A stretch of 64,000 nt of DNA from Podarcis liolepis (lineage: Eukaryota): NCBI GenBank assembly GCA_965112155.1, contig OZ218104.1; one strand, given 5' to 3'. The notes beneath the pieces were generated by a model. It did no database searches and was not told the DNA's origin. It was given only the letters and a program-made list of their open reading frames with translations. This document shows, piece after piece, positions 50,595 through 62,745 of this stretch; positions within the stretch are counted from its first letter, which is position 1, and each line of letters opens with the position of its first letter. A program made the translations under genes and the position numbers.

Positions 50595-51260
50595 ACAAAT
50601 AGGAACAAAAGAATAGCCCTGCTGGATCTGGCCAGTGGCTCATCTAGTCCAGCTAGTGGCTAACCAGATGCCCTAATGGGAAGAACACAAGCAGGATCTG
50701 AGCACAAGAGCACGCTCCCCTCCCGCAGCTTCCAACAACTGGTATTCAGAAGCACAAAGCCTCCAACAGTGAAGGTAGAACATAGGCATTATAACTAATA
50801 ACCATCAATAGTCTTATCCAACATGAATTTGTCTAATCTTCTTTTAAAGCTGTCCAAGTTGGTGGCTATCACTGCCTCTTGTGGGAGCAAATACCATAGT
50901 TTAACTTTGAACTGTGTAAAGAGGTACTTTCTTTTGTCCGTCTTGAATCTTCTAACATTTCTGCTTCATTAGATGGCTATGAATCCAAGCAGTATGAAAA
51001 AGATAGAAAAATATATCTCTCATTACTTTCTCTACTTCATGCATAATTTTATACATTTCTCTACTCATCCTTTTGTTCTAAACTAAAAAACTCCAAACAC
51101 TGCAACCCTTCTTCCTGTATGAGGAGCATTCTAGTTGGCCTTCTCTCTTTCTAGTCAACAATATCCTCCTTGAGGTTAGGCAACCAGTACTATCTATACA
51201 CAGTAATCACATGGCATTTGCACTTTTCACGGCTGCTGCACACTGGATCTGTTTTCTGCC
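50595..51260 (-). mobile_element. CR1 LINE 3' fragment
   Basis: Reverse complement parallels 49230-49845. Confidence 0.8.
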
Positions 51261-52392
51261 ACTCTCTCTCTCTCTTAGGTTCGCATTGAACCTAAGCAAA
51301 TCTGATTTGAAAACTTTATTTTATTTTAGAAAACAAATGCACCAACAAACAAATTGGAGGATAGGCCAGTTTGAATTGGAAGGGGCTTCTTCCACACTTC
51401 TATAGCATTAACCTAACCCACCCTCCTATCATTAATGCCCCTGCACAAAACATACTACAAGGAGTTCAGTCTTCTCTACCACGTTAGATGGGGGCTGGGT
51501 ATGGGGCCAATACATTGCCTCCAGTGGTGTAGCGTGTTTTGCCAGCCCCAGGGGTGTGCGCATGCGCATGTGCACCAGGAACAGTTGGACGCAGAGTGTG
51601 AACAGAGTCTGCTGCGCCAGCCCAGCCCTCACCACCAATGTGACCCTACCTCCACCAGAGCCAAGAAGGGCAGCGTTGCATCGCCTTCCCCTGGATCATC
51701 CCAGCCTTGAAAAGTGGCTTGGGGCTGGCAGGGCGCCCTTCGATCCCAGCCTCACAAAGTGAATCATTCAGATCAGATTCCAGCTTTGCAACGCAGGACG
51801 GAGTGAGGAGCCAAATGCGCAGAGTCCCTCAGAAAAATGCACCCAAGGCCATCACCCTGACAGCCCTCCACGCTACGCCTCTGCCTCCTTCCCTTGCCAC
51901 CCCCACTGCCTGCAAATAATCCTTACTTCCTGGAACCTGCCAGGGTATGGCACAGGAGGGTTGGTGCTAATGTAATCTCAAAGGAAAAGGAGCAGACAGC
52001 AGGCGATAAAGCAGTCTCTATAGATCATAAAACAACTCATGAAGGCCAGCTGGATGCTTTCCTTACAACAGGAGAATGAAATGCAAGTAAGATTTCTACA
52101 ACACTAGTCGCACACATCCACTTCAAGGCAACTTGGCTGATGTTGGTCCCACCAAGCAAGCAGAAAGTCAGTGCAAACTGTTATTCAGCTAGACAAGTGT
52201 CTGAGTGCTGGGCCAAAATTCCAGTCACAATCCCAGTGCTGCCTTCCCAACTGCAGTCATGAACGGAGGCCAACTTGTTCCTCACCTTCTGAAATTGAGA
52301 GAGCAACACCCTGGTGTCACTGAAGTAGACACATTTCACTGTAATGGCAGAAAGAAGAGCTACACTTTGCTCGTGTGAGAAATACCACTCAC

Positions 52393-52624
52393 CAGCATCA
52401 GGGGCGGAGCACTTCTGGATGGTGAAGATCTGGCCCAGGTCCTCCTCTTCTTCGGGAAGGCCCTTCTGTAGGCGCTGCAGCTTACGCAGACTCTCACTCC
52501 GTTGGTGCTTCATGGAGCGAACATGCTGAATGAGATTTAGTTTGGCCTTGGTGGAGTAGTTACATAGGACACAGTGGTAGAAGCAGCTTTCCCCATCAAC
52601 TCCACTCTCATGATGCTGAAGGTG
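52393..52624 (-). CDS. ZFHX3: ZFHX3 coding exon (human exon 4 equivalent, 232 nt), C2H2/matrin-type zinc finger
   Basis: Minus strand tttctgcag|CACCTT...GATGCTG|gtgagt; translates [77 protein letters not shown], near-identical to recalled ZFHX3 sequence; phase 0 in, phase 1 out. Confidence 0.97.
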
Positions 52625-53052
52625 CTGCAGAAAGGAAATGAGAGCAAAAGGTCAGCAATGAGGACCAACTTACACAAACTCCAGGGCAAAACTGAGCGTG
52701 TCAAAATCCTGGGGACCTCAAAAGGCCAAGTGGGGGCAGGAGAAGGCAGACTTTCCCACACACTCTTCATTTCAATCATAAGAAGCATCTTTTAAAAATC
52801 TGAATTTCAAAGACATACTCATCGTTTGTCACCTAAAAGACTAAAAATGACTTGCCTTTAAAGGATCCCCTTTTTATTCAGGAGTTTCTCTTGCTAAAAA
52901 CATAATTAAAACTCATGTTGAAGTTAAGCATGTATTAATACACACACACTCCTCTCAAAAAGCTAGGAAGGCATACCAGACCGTTAGCCATGTCAGCCTG
53001 TTCAGCGAGTGCAATAGTCTTTTAGTGTGTTAAGGCTAAAAGATGTATTCTG

Positions 53053-53458
53053 TTGTTGTTTTTTTAATGATATTTATTAAAGTTTCAAAGAAAAGAATTA
53101 CATGAATTAAAAAAGAAGAAAAAGAAAGACAAAAATAAAAATAGAAAAAAAATACAAAATACAAAAAAGATAAAAAACACTTTAAAAAAATACATCAGTC
53201 TTTCCATACCTTACATTCATTTCCTTGTTTCCCTGACCTCTTCATGCCTCCCTTTTTTGTATTCCAATTCAGTTAGTTAATTCAGCAATTTCTTTCCCTC
53301 TTTGTTTTTATCTTAGTCCTTTAACATAATATATTATAACTTTGGATTCTCACCTGTTTACAATCCATTTTTACATACACCTTTATAACATTGCTGCTTA
53401 AACCACTTAACTTCATTCTGACATCTTTCTAACATTCATTAATTTTGCAATATTTCTG
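53053..53458 (-). mobile_element. L1-family 3' UTR fragment with 22-bp TSD
   Basis: Reverse complement resembles 60390-60830; flanked by taaggctaaaagatgtattctg (53031-53052) and taaggctaaaaaatttattctg (53459-53480). Confidence 0.82.
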
Positions 53459-53549
53459 TAAGGCTAAAAAATTTATTCTGGCATATGTTTTTCCAGACCA
53501 GAGTTCACTTTGCATGCCTGATGAAGAAAGCAATTCATATCAGAATGTA

Positions 53550-54490
53550 AGAGCCCTGTAGCAGAATCAGGCCCATCTAGTCCAGCACTCTGTTCTCATA
53601 GTGGGCAACTAGAGGCACCAATGGGAAGCCCACAAGCAGTACCCTGAATACAACAGCATTTTCTCTACCTGCAATTTTCAGCAACTGTTAAAAATGCATG
53701 TTGGTTTAGGAACTCTCTGCAGAACCAGTGGAAAACTGGGCTTTAATCAATCCACCTAACAAGCAACCCTATCACTCTTGAAGAAAGAAGTGCCTCTTGC
53801 AAGAAAACAAGCTAAATTCCAAACTAAATCCCCAATCGGGTGGGAAGGGGGTTGCCACAGAAAGATGCATGTAGATTCGTCTGCAGCCTGTCTGCCCCCT
53901 GGAACACCTCCCTGACACTTAAAGTGAATGTGTAACACAGCCTCTGAGAAGAATAGGCAATCAAAAACTGTGTCTCTCTGGGTGATTGCCCACACCTCTG
54001 AAGGTGCATGACACAGGGAGTTATAGGATCGGTCCAAAGACCCATCTAGTCCAGAACCTTTTTATCACACTAGCCAACCGGATGCCCTAATGGGACACCT
54101 GAAAAACAAGAGCACTCTCTCCACTTGCAGTCATCACTGCAGCCTCACTGGAGTCATCATGACCTTTTTTCCTAAACTAAATGTTCCCAAATGATGTAAC
54201 TTTCCTCAGGGGGCGTCTTCTAGTCAGACGGTCATTTTGGCTGCTCTTTTCTTAACCTTTTTGAGTTCTACAATGTCCTTTTTCAGCTGAGTTGCCCAGA
54301 ACTGTACAAAGTATATTCCTGTATATGTAAAATTGGGGGAGGGTTGGGTTTTTTTTGCCTCAATGTGCACTGCTTTGCACTTGCTTACAATGAATCACGT
54401 TTGCCATTTAACACACATTTATCCAGTTTGAAGAGCTCCTCACATTCCCTTTTTTTTGTTTTTAATACTCTGAAAAAATGGGTGTCATTA
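53550..54490 (-). mobile_element. CR1 3' fragments (two pieces, ~53550-53690 and ~54015-54490)
   Basis: cccatctagtccagc..ttctca motif twice; cccagaactgtacaaagtatattc. Confidence 0.65.
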
Positions 54491-54764
54491 GTCTGCCCTT
54501 CCAACACTGCAACAAACACAGAAAGAAACCAAATTGGATCATCTATGGCCAGCTTCACAGCAACCCACTCCTCTTCACTCATGGACAGTAATCACAGTTT
54601 GCACCTCCCTTCACAAGACTGCTGAATTCAATTCATTACGGAAAAAAGTATGTGAGAATTAAATGCTAGTAGAGCCCCTAGTGCAGACTGCCCCTTAATG
54701 GAGTTGAGCTAGACCAAAAAAGAAACTTATAATTCTCAGGGATAATAGGCAGAACCACAAAGAA

Positions 54765-54940
54765 ATATTGAAAGCTGTCTTAAATCAAGAGAGATGACTG
54801 GTCCACATAGCTCAGCATTGTCTACACTGATGAGCTGTGATTCTCCAGATTTTCAGATAGGGGTCTCTCCCAGCCCTACCTGGGGATGCCAGGGATTAAA
54901 CCTGGGACCTTCTACATACATAGCATGTGCTCTACTCAAA
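54765..54940 (-). mobile_element. Squam3-type SINE
   Basis: tagctcagcattgtctacactga...ccagccctacctggggatgccagggattaaacctgggaccttct. Confidence 0.75.
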
Positions 54941-55424
54941 GCTCATCCATACAGAATATGAAAAGGAAGAGCTAAACAAGAAGTCTCACTAGGAAGTAAT
55001 TTCTTCTAAAGAATATAGGCTTTTACTAGCTACTAAGAAAAGCCAACCAACTTCTGCCAGGGTATATTGATCAATTCCATAATATGGAGGGGCACAACAG
55101 CTTTCCCCTCCCCTTTACCAACAACAGGAAGCTTCTAACATCAGGTTCTTCACGCATGGAATGCAAAATATTGATCATGGTTAGTCAAAGCTTCACTTTT
55201 AAAGCAGAAACACACTGAAGTACATTTGATAAAAACCCTCACAAGTGAAATTTCCCAAAGGATTAGAACTTGCTGGAAAATGAGGGCATTCCTCAGTCCA
55301 GTGAGGACCATTTGTTAGAAAAGAGATAGTCAACACTGTGCCCTCCTGATGTTGTGGACTACAACACCCACCAGCCGCAGACAGAATGACAGGAGTTACA
55401 GTCCACAAGAGCTGGAGGGTATTA

Positions 55425-56360
55425 CTCTGACTACAAATAAGCTGAGCTTAGATCCTGGAAAGACAGAGGCCCCGTGGGTGTGTGGTTCCCATGCCTAAGA
55501 AATTGGTCAACTGCCTGCCCTGGACAGGGCTGCACTTTCTGAAGGAGCAGGTATCCAGTCCAGGGGTGCTTCTGGATCCAGCTCTGTCAGTGGAGGTGCA
55601 AGTAGCCTCAGTGACTAGAAGCACCTTTTACAACCTTTGACTGGTGTGACAGCTACAACTGCTCCTGGACCAGAAGCCTTGACCACAGTAGTTGAGACAC
55701 TGCTGAATGTAATATTGGGTTACTGCAACACACTCTATGTGGGGCATCCCTTGTACTTTATGCAGAAACTGCAGTTAGTTTTAGCAGCTTGGTTGCTGAC
55801 AGCAGTGAGACCCTGTCTGTATGCAACCCTCTGCTCAGAGATCTGCACTGGTTTTAATTTTATTTAATAAAATTTATATATCTCTTGATTGGTAAGAAAA
55901 CCTCTAAGCAGTTTACAAAAATATAAAACGAAACATTAAAATATGTTTTAAGCAGATTGTCTATCTGCTACAGGGCCAAGATAATCAAGGTGTTACTATT
56001 AGTATGCCCTTAACAGTTAAAGACCAGTTTACTTGCAGGATCGCCTTACCCCATATAGGCCCACTCAGTTGCTTCAGTCTATGGAACTGGCACTGTTATG
56101 AGTTCCACATAATACTTGTAGGGAATTGATCTTTTAGTGTGGTAGCATTCACACTTTGAAACTTCCTGCCTGTTAATATCAGGCAGGACCTTTGCTAGCT
56201 TAAAACATTTTTCTTTAGGCAAACCTATCCAGAAACTGGATGTGTTTTATTTCATTTTAGCTTTGCTGATTTTAAACTTTAGAATACTTTTAAACACCTG
56301 TTTTATAATTATTTTTATTGAGAGTTTTAATGTCTTATTTTATATTTTTGTATGCCACTT
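55425..56360 (+). mobile_element. Degenerate L2 LINE
   Basis: LGYCNTLYVGHPL..QKLQLV..AAWLLT motif in ORF 55637-55867; similar to 33300-34030. Confidence 0.75.
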
Positions 56361-56362
56361 AA

Positions 56363-56720
56363 GGGGGATGTGAGTGGTGTGGTCTAAACCACGAAGCTTC
56401 TTGGGCTTGCCAACTAGAAGGTCGGTGGTTCAAATCTCCGTGATGGCGTGAACTCTTGTTGCTCAGTTCCAGCCCCTGCCAACCTAGCAGTTCGAAAGCA
56501 CGTCAAAGTGCAAGTAGATAAATAGGTACCGCTCTGGCGGGAAGGTAAATGGCATTTCTGTGTGCTGCTCTGGTTTCGCCAGAAGCGTGTTAGTCATGCT
56601 GGCCACATGACCTGGAAAAACTGTTGGCAGACAAACGTCGGCTCCCTCGGCCAGTAAAACGAGATGAGCGCCCCAACCCCAGAGTCATATGCGACTGGAC
56701 TTAACTGTCAGGGGTCCTTT
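56363..56720 (+). mobile_element. Sauria SINE (full length)
   Basis: Closely similar to 50171-50527 throughout. Confidence 0.92.
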
Positions 56721-57111
56721 AGCTGGCATATAAATCCTCACCACACAGAACTTCAGCAATCTGCAACCAGGGTGGTACCCAACAGGCTTATTTGGACTGC
56801 TGCTGCCCAGAAAGGACCAGCCTGCTGAGAGACTGAGGGCCCACTCCTGCCTCTCTCCACCTGACCCAGGCTTCAAAAGGACTGATGCTGTTAAATTGCT
56901 TTTAAGATGTTTTTTAAAAAATATTTTTGTAATTGCTTTTTAGTGTTTTAACTGTTTTTAACCCACATCCTATGCCCTTTTAAAATGTGTTGGGGGTGGT
57001 TATTGGGTTGTTGTTGTTTTTAATTTGATTATGTACTTTGTAGTTTTACATTCTGATTTTATCCTGTGAGCCATCCTGAGGCCTGTAGGTATAGGGTGGT
57101 ATATAAATTCA

Positions 57112-57112
57112 A

Positions 57113-57156
<44 letters not shown>
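57112..57156. repeat. (TTA)n microsatellite
   Basis: Directly visible; lies between two oppositely oriented L2-type tails. Confidence 0.95.
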
Positions 57157-57965
57157 GGATTTCTTGCCCACCCTTCACCATATAGTCCCAGGTTACATTT
57201 ATAACTGTATAATTTTAAAGCCAAATAAAATATTTCTAAAATGAAAATAGATAAAATAAATATACACCAGACAAGAAAGCAGGTCCCACAGAAATCTTAA
57301 CTGCCAAAGGTCAGGGGAAAGAGGTGTGTTTTCCAGATAAGAAGATATAGCAAAGGTGATAGATGCACCTCTGTGAGGAGGGAGTTTCATGGTTTAGGGG
57401 CTACCGTGGAGTATGTCCACCCCAGGCTGCCAGCCTCTGAACTTCTGACGTCAACGAAACTACCAAGAGGGCCTCTTCTGTTTATCTGGGAGATTTGTAG
57501 GGAAGGAGGTGGCCTTTCAGATATCTGGGGTTTAGGGCTTTGAGCACCTTAAATCAGGGCTAGAAAACAAACAGCAACCAGTAGAGTTGTCTTAAAATAG
57601 GGGTTATATGAGCTCTAAATAGAACCTTGACTAGTAAAGCTGGCTGTTGCATTTTGGACCAGTTGAAATTTCCAAATAGTTATCAAGGGAAACACTATGT
57701 AGATCACATTACAATCATCTAAGTTAGACATCACCAGACCAAGGGTACAGTGGCCAAGTCATCTCTGTCTGGAAGGGGCTGTTGCTGGAAACTGGCACTC
57801 CTATCCACTGAGACTACTTGAGCCTCCAGTAACAGTGCTGGATTCAGGGGAACTCCCAAGCTATAGACCTACTTCATCTCCCCAGCTCCTGTATACCAGA
57901 ACTCAGAATACATTTTCTTTATGGGATCCTCTTTACTGACCCACATCTAGTCCATGACCACCTCC
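57157..57965 (-). mobile_element. Degenerate L2 LINE
   Basis: gctggctgttgcattttggaccagttgaaatt is the reverse complement of the LQLVQNA motif; tail adjoins the TTA repeat. Confidence 0.65.
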
Positions 57966-58571
57966 AAGCATCAATCTAGCATCAGATTGTCTCTCCCAAT
58001 TCAAATGGGGGGGACGGGACGTATGCATCATTCACATATTTCAGTCCAAAATTCCTGATAACAGATCCCAGCGGCACTTCAAAAAGGGCAAATGGAAGAA
58101 TGAGTCCTTTGTACTGGTGGGCTTCAAGGTTTCTTAGAGCTGCAGCTGGGGAAGACTCTGGGCTCATCCACACTTCCTCTTGTCCTGCTGCTATCCCCCA
58201 GGGAAAACAGCTCCTCACTTAGTACTCTATTGGAGCAGCAATTTGGGTTTTCTACAGATTGATGTTTTCTCTGATTTAGCTCCAAAGATTGGGGTTTTCC
58301 CTGGGAAAGGAGCAAGGAAAGGGGAAAATTGCTTGGACCCATGCCTAGAAAGTGTGGGTCAAGTGGAGAAATGCTCAGACCTGTGTTTTCTAGGCATGGG
58401 AGATGCAGAAGTGTGGATGAGCCCTCTGTCCAAACAATCCACAAATGTATGTTCAAGACCCATGGACAGTTCCCCGTGTTTAGTTGCTAACGGACAGGTT
58501 GCTATACAGTTATGGACAGAAAATGACTGAGAAAGAGAAATTTTAAGAAAGCTCTGATGGTGTCAGAGAAG

Positions 58572-60830
58572 GACTTTTTCCTGTGGACAATTTGACTCTA
58601 AAGTAATTACCCGTGAGTAGAGCTGAATCGGGAAGAACTGGATTTTTAAACGTTTAATCTGGCATCGAAACGGGGAGGTTCAATACAGGAAGTCCGCCTC
58701 CCCCTTTTGTAGATAAACTGAAGCAAGGAGGCTGCAAGCTAAAGTCTTGGAAAGCCTTTTGTAAAAGACTAAAATTCCATAGGTAAAGAACTAACCCCCC
58801 CCCCCTTTGGAGACAGGAGAAGAGGAACAGGAAGTGGTGGACTGAATATGCCTGTAGGAGAGAGTTAAGAGAGTTAAAATACCCTGGAAACGGGCTGCTA
58901 GCAGGATTGATGTTTTTTGGAACGTCCATTGACAGCATTTAGAACATTCATTGACAGGTAGCTAAACAAGAGAATACCGTATTTTTTGCACCATAACACT
59001 CACTTTTTTCCTCCTAAAAAGTAAGGGGAAATGTCTGTGCATGTTATGGAGGGAATGCCTACGGGTGGCATGCCTACGGATTTTCCTCCTCTAAAAACTA
59101 CGTGCGTTTTATGGTCGGGTGTGTGTTATAGAGCGAAAAATACGGTACATTGTTTCTACTGTCTCTGGTTGTTTTCAAAAAAAGGAGGAAAGTAACTGAA
59201 GATTGAAACTAACTTTGGATTATTGAAACTGTGTTTAAAAGAGGACATACTGACCGATACAAATAGAAACTGTTTTACCCTTGTGGAAGCTTTTGAAATT
59301 GGTTACTTTACAGGAGCTGGGCTAGGGGAATTTCCAGCTGCAAGACAAAAAAGTGTGAGACTTTGGAATTGACCTTGAATCTCTTAAGTGTTATGGCAAA
59401 CGGAAAGGAAAAAACAGATGGGATGTCGACAGAAGAGGCCTTAGTGGCTGCATTATTGAAAATAAACGATTCGCTGGAACAACTTCACAAGAAAACAGAC
59501 ATGATAAATGTGAAAATGGATGCTGCAAATATTGAAATTGACTTAATCGTAGAAAGTTTAAATAACTTGGGACAAAAGGTGAATACCAATTCAGAAACCA
59601 CCCAGAAACTGACACAGGAATCTACTCTGATACGGCAAACTGCAGATGAAGTCAGGGAAAAAACCCTTGCTGCTGAATCTAAAGCAATACAACTGGAGAG
59701 GAAAGTCCCATCCATACAAAGACAACCTGATGAACATAAGCTGACATTCGTTATGATTGAACTTAAAGAAGAACAGATGAATTTGAGGACCAGAGCCCTA
59801 TCTGAACTGGAAAAGGAAAGCTTGACAGAGTTTCAGGAGGCGACAGGACTAACATCGGTTGAGAAAGAGAGGTATTTGGGGGTTAGTATGACCGCCAAAA
59901 ATGTGAATCTGTTTAAGGATAACTGTGAAGGATGTTGGATTGAAGAGAAGGGGGATTTGGAAATATGGACAAATCAGAAGTTGTTACTGTTGGGCCGAGT
60001 TACTGTGGTGGGGATGAGGGCTGCTGTGTTGCTGGGGATGTTGCTTTTGTTTCAAACATTGCAAGCTTTGGATGGGATGGATTGTTGTGGCAGAGGTGGC
60101 AGAGGGATGTTTTTAGAGTTGTTTGGCAGGGCAGGAAGCCTCGAGTAAAACTTAAGATATTGATGGATGCCAAAGAAGGAGGTGGACCTGCCCTGCCAGA
60201 CCTTTAAATTTCATTGTGAACCATCTGCTTTTTGCTGGTTGAGAGAAGGGCTGCTTCTTGAAAACACTGAAGTGTTGGACAATGGCAGACGAAGTTGATG
60301 GACTATATGGAATTGGCAGAAATGACTGGCAAGATCCAAGACCAGGGAGAAGAGTCGGTGGAAGAAGATTGGAAAAAGTTTAAAGACTATTTATAGAAAT
60401 ATTGTAAAATTAAGGAATGTTAGAAAAATGTTGGAATGAAGTTATATGGCTTTAGTAGAAATGTCATAAGGAATTAAGTCTAAATAGATTAATAGAAAAT
60501 TAAAGGAAAAATAAGGCAAGAATGTGTTAAGATAATTATAGGATAGAAAACAGAGTAAGATGGAAAGGAATTGCTGAAACAATTAATAGAAGTGGAATAC
60601 AAAAAGGGAGGTGTGAGGAGGTCGCTGGAAATAAGTGAATGAAATGTAAGATATTGAAAATGTTTGAGGTGTTTTTAAATTGTTTTTGTTGGTTTTTGCT
60701 TTGTTTTGTTAGTCCATGTAGCGTTTTTGTATTGTATTTGTATTGTTTTTTCTCTTTTCTTTTTTGTTTGTAGTGTTGTGTTGAAAATGTTGAAAAAGTA
60801 ATAAATATCATTTTTTTAAAAAAAAAAACA
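58572..60830 (+). mobile_element. Internally deleted L1-clade element with 5' UTR, ORF1/ORF2 fusion, 3' UTR and poly(A)
   Basis: TSD TGTCAGAGAAG at 58561-58571 and 60831-60841; coiled-coil ORF1-like region fused to RYLGV...LLLLGRVTVV; then WQGRKPRVKLKILMDAKEGGGPALPDL and LMDYMELAEMTGKI; AATAAA and A tail. Confidence 0.87.
58977..59145. mobile_element. Tc1/mariner MITE (169 bp) nested in the L1 5' UTR
   Basis: TIR CCGTATTTTTTGCACCATAACAC / GTGTTATAGAGCGAAAAATACGG; TA TSD. Confidence 0.9.
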
Positions 60831-61199
60831 TGTCAGAGAAGAAAGCCCCAAAGGGGCTAACCAAGCAAATGGCTGTGGAAAAAACTGCACACAACTTAAA
60901 GTTCAGGAGGGGAAGGTGAAAGCAGCACTTATAAGGCTGATGTAGAACAAAGTAAGACACAGGGGTTGAAGTCAAGGAGAAAGCAGGTCTAGAGGATGCT
61001 GGGCTGGGTGTGGGCAAGACCAAAACTATTTTGGGCTGCTAGGTGTGTGGGTATTGTCTGCCAGTTGTGGCCTCTATTGCGATTGGTGCACTGTGAACTG
61101 GTAAATCTACAGAAGGAAGCAATGAAGGCTAAAGGCAATGGATAATGACAGAATTATACATACTGATTTGAACTGAAAAGCCAGTTCCTTGACTATGAT

Positions 61200-61325
61200 T
61201 CTGGTTTCCCAGGACTGGCCCTCCAGAAGTTGTTGGACACCAACTCCCATTAATCTCAGTCAGCATGGTCAATGGATGGTCAATGATGATGGAAGCTGGA
61301 GGGCCACAGGCTCCCCAACTCTAGC
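61200..61325. mobile_element. Degenerate hAT MITE related to 13794-13929
   Basis: tggccctccagaagttgttggacaccaactcccat...ctggagggcca; similar relics at ~35935-36010 and ~55335-55420. Confidence 0.6.
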
Positions 61326-62365
61326 TTATCATGAGGAAAGTAGACAAAGAGGGCAGGTGAGAAGCTTTGGGTTCAACCTATAGCAGTAAAATCACTCAGT
61401 AGGTTCTGTGAAGGTCATATATTGGGCCCAGATACCTTCATGTTGCCAAAATTTTAGGACAACTGCATAGAGACAAGTGAAGGTAGGCTACACACAGTTG
61501 TTTCAAGGGGGAGTTGCATCTTCAACTTTGCATGCAGTAGAGTCAGACATGCCCCTGTACATTGAAGGACATCTCCGCTCTTCTGGGCCAAGAAAATTCT
61601 CACATGGTGCCCTCAGCTTTTCCCAAATGTAGCCACTCTCAGGCCTCTGTGGTTTCTCCATCATTAAGGTATACATTAAAAGTCAACAAAAAGGTGGCTC
61701 AAGGAACTAAGCATAATTCATGCAAAGCAGTTTTAGAGAAAGGGAACAGAGGTCTCCGCAGCAAGTGCCAGAAACTATTGATTAACTGAACACCACAATT
61801 AAGACACATAAAACCAGGACTTAAAAATGAACTCACTTTTATGCTTCTTCTACCCCAACACTGCACGGATCCTAGCTGACATAGTCATACATGGCTTGTT
61901 CACGTCACTGTTACAGAAGGCTTCTGCGTTTTATAAATAGTTAAACTCCCTTTTATATCTCAGGGCAGATTAGAAATTGCAACTGTCACTGCAGCAAGCA
62001 GTAGTCAACCATCTCCCCATGGACAACTGCTCTGTGAAGCCTGTGCTAAGAGTGGCAGAAGCAAGCAAAGGTGCTGCTGTTGCTGGGACTTCTAAACCCT
62101 TCTTCTGCCCCTTCCACAGAACCAAAAGGCAAATCTATTTTAGGGCAGTATTTCAGATTGCTCACCCCTTTGCTTTCCCCCATCCATTCCAATACAGAAA
62201 TGGCTGGCCGGCCCAAGGTTTGTTCCTCTACCAACACCTACATGCAATGGAGTCTCTGTCAGGATCCCCCATAAACAACAGAAACACACGGCCGGCAGGT
62301 GGATTTTTGCTCCACCCTTGAAGCCTCATTAAAAGCCAATATTGCTCAGCCTAAAGATGGAGAGC

Positions 62366-62745
62366 NNNNNNNNNNNNNNNNNNNNNNNNNNNNNNNNNNN
62401 NNNNNNNNNNNNNNNNNNNNNNNNNNNNNNNNNNNNNNNNNNNNNNNNNNNNNNNNNNNNNNNNNNNNNNNNNNNNNNNNNNNNNNNNNNNNNNNNNNNN
62501 NNNNNNNNNNNNNNNNNNNNNNNNNNNNNNNNNNNNNNNNNNNNNNNNNNNNNNNNNNNNNNNNNNNNNNNNNNNNNNNNNNNNNNNNNNNNNNNNNNNN
62601 NNNNNNNNNNNNNNNNNNNNNNNNNNNNNNNNNNNNNNNNNNNNNNNNNNNNNNNNNNNNNNNNNNNNNNNNNNNNNNNNNNNNNNNNNNNNNNNNNNNN
62701 NNNNNNNNNNNNNNNNNNNNNNNNNNNNNNNNNNNNNNNNNNNNN
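62366..62745. other. Assembly gap (380 N)
   Basis: Run of N. Confidence 1.

Noticed and set aside
52393-52624. Assignment to paralogues ZFHX4 or ZFHX2
   Set aside because: Diagnostic strings ([50 protein letters not shown]) and exon sizes fit ZFHX3 as recalled; a BLASTP would confirm.
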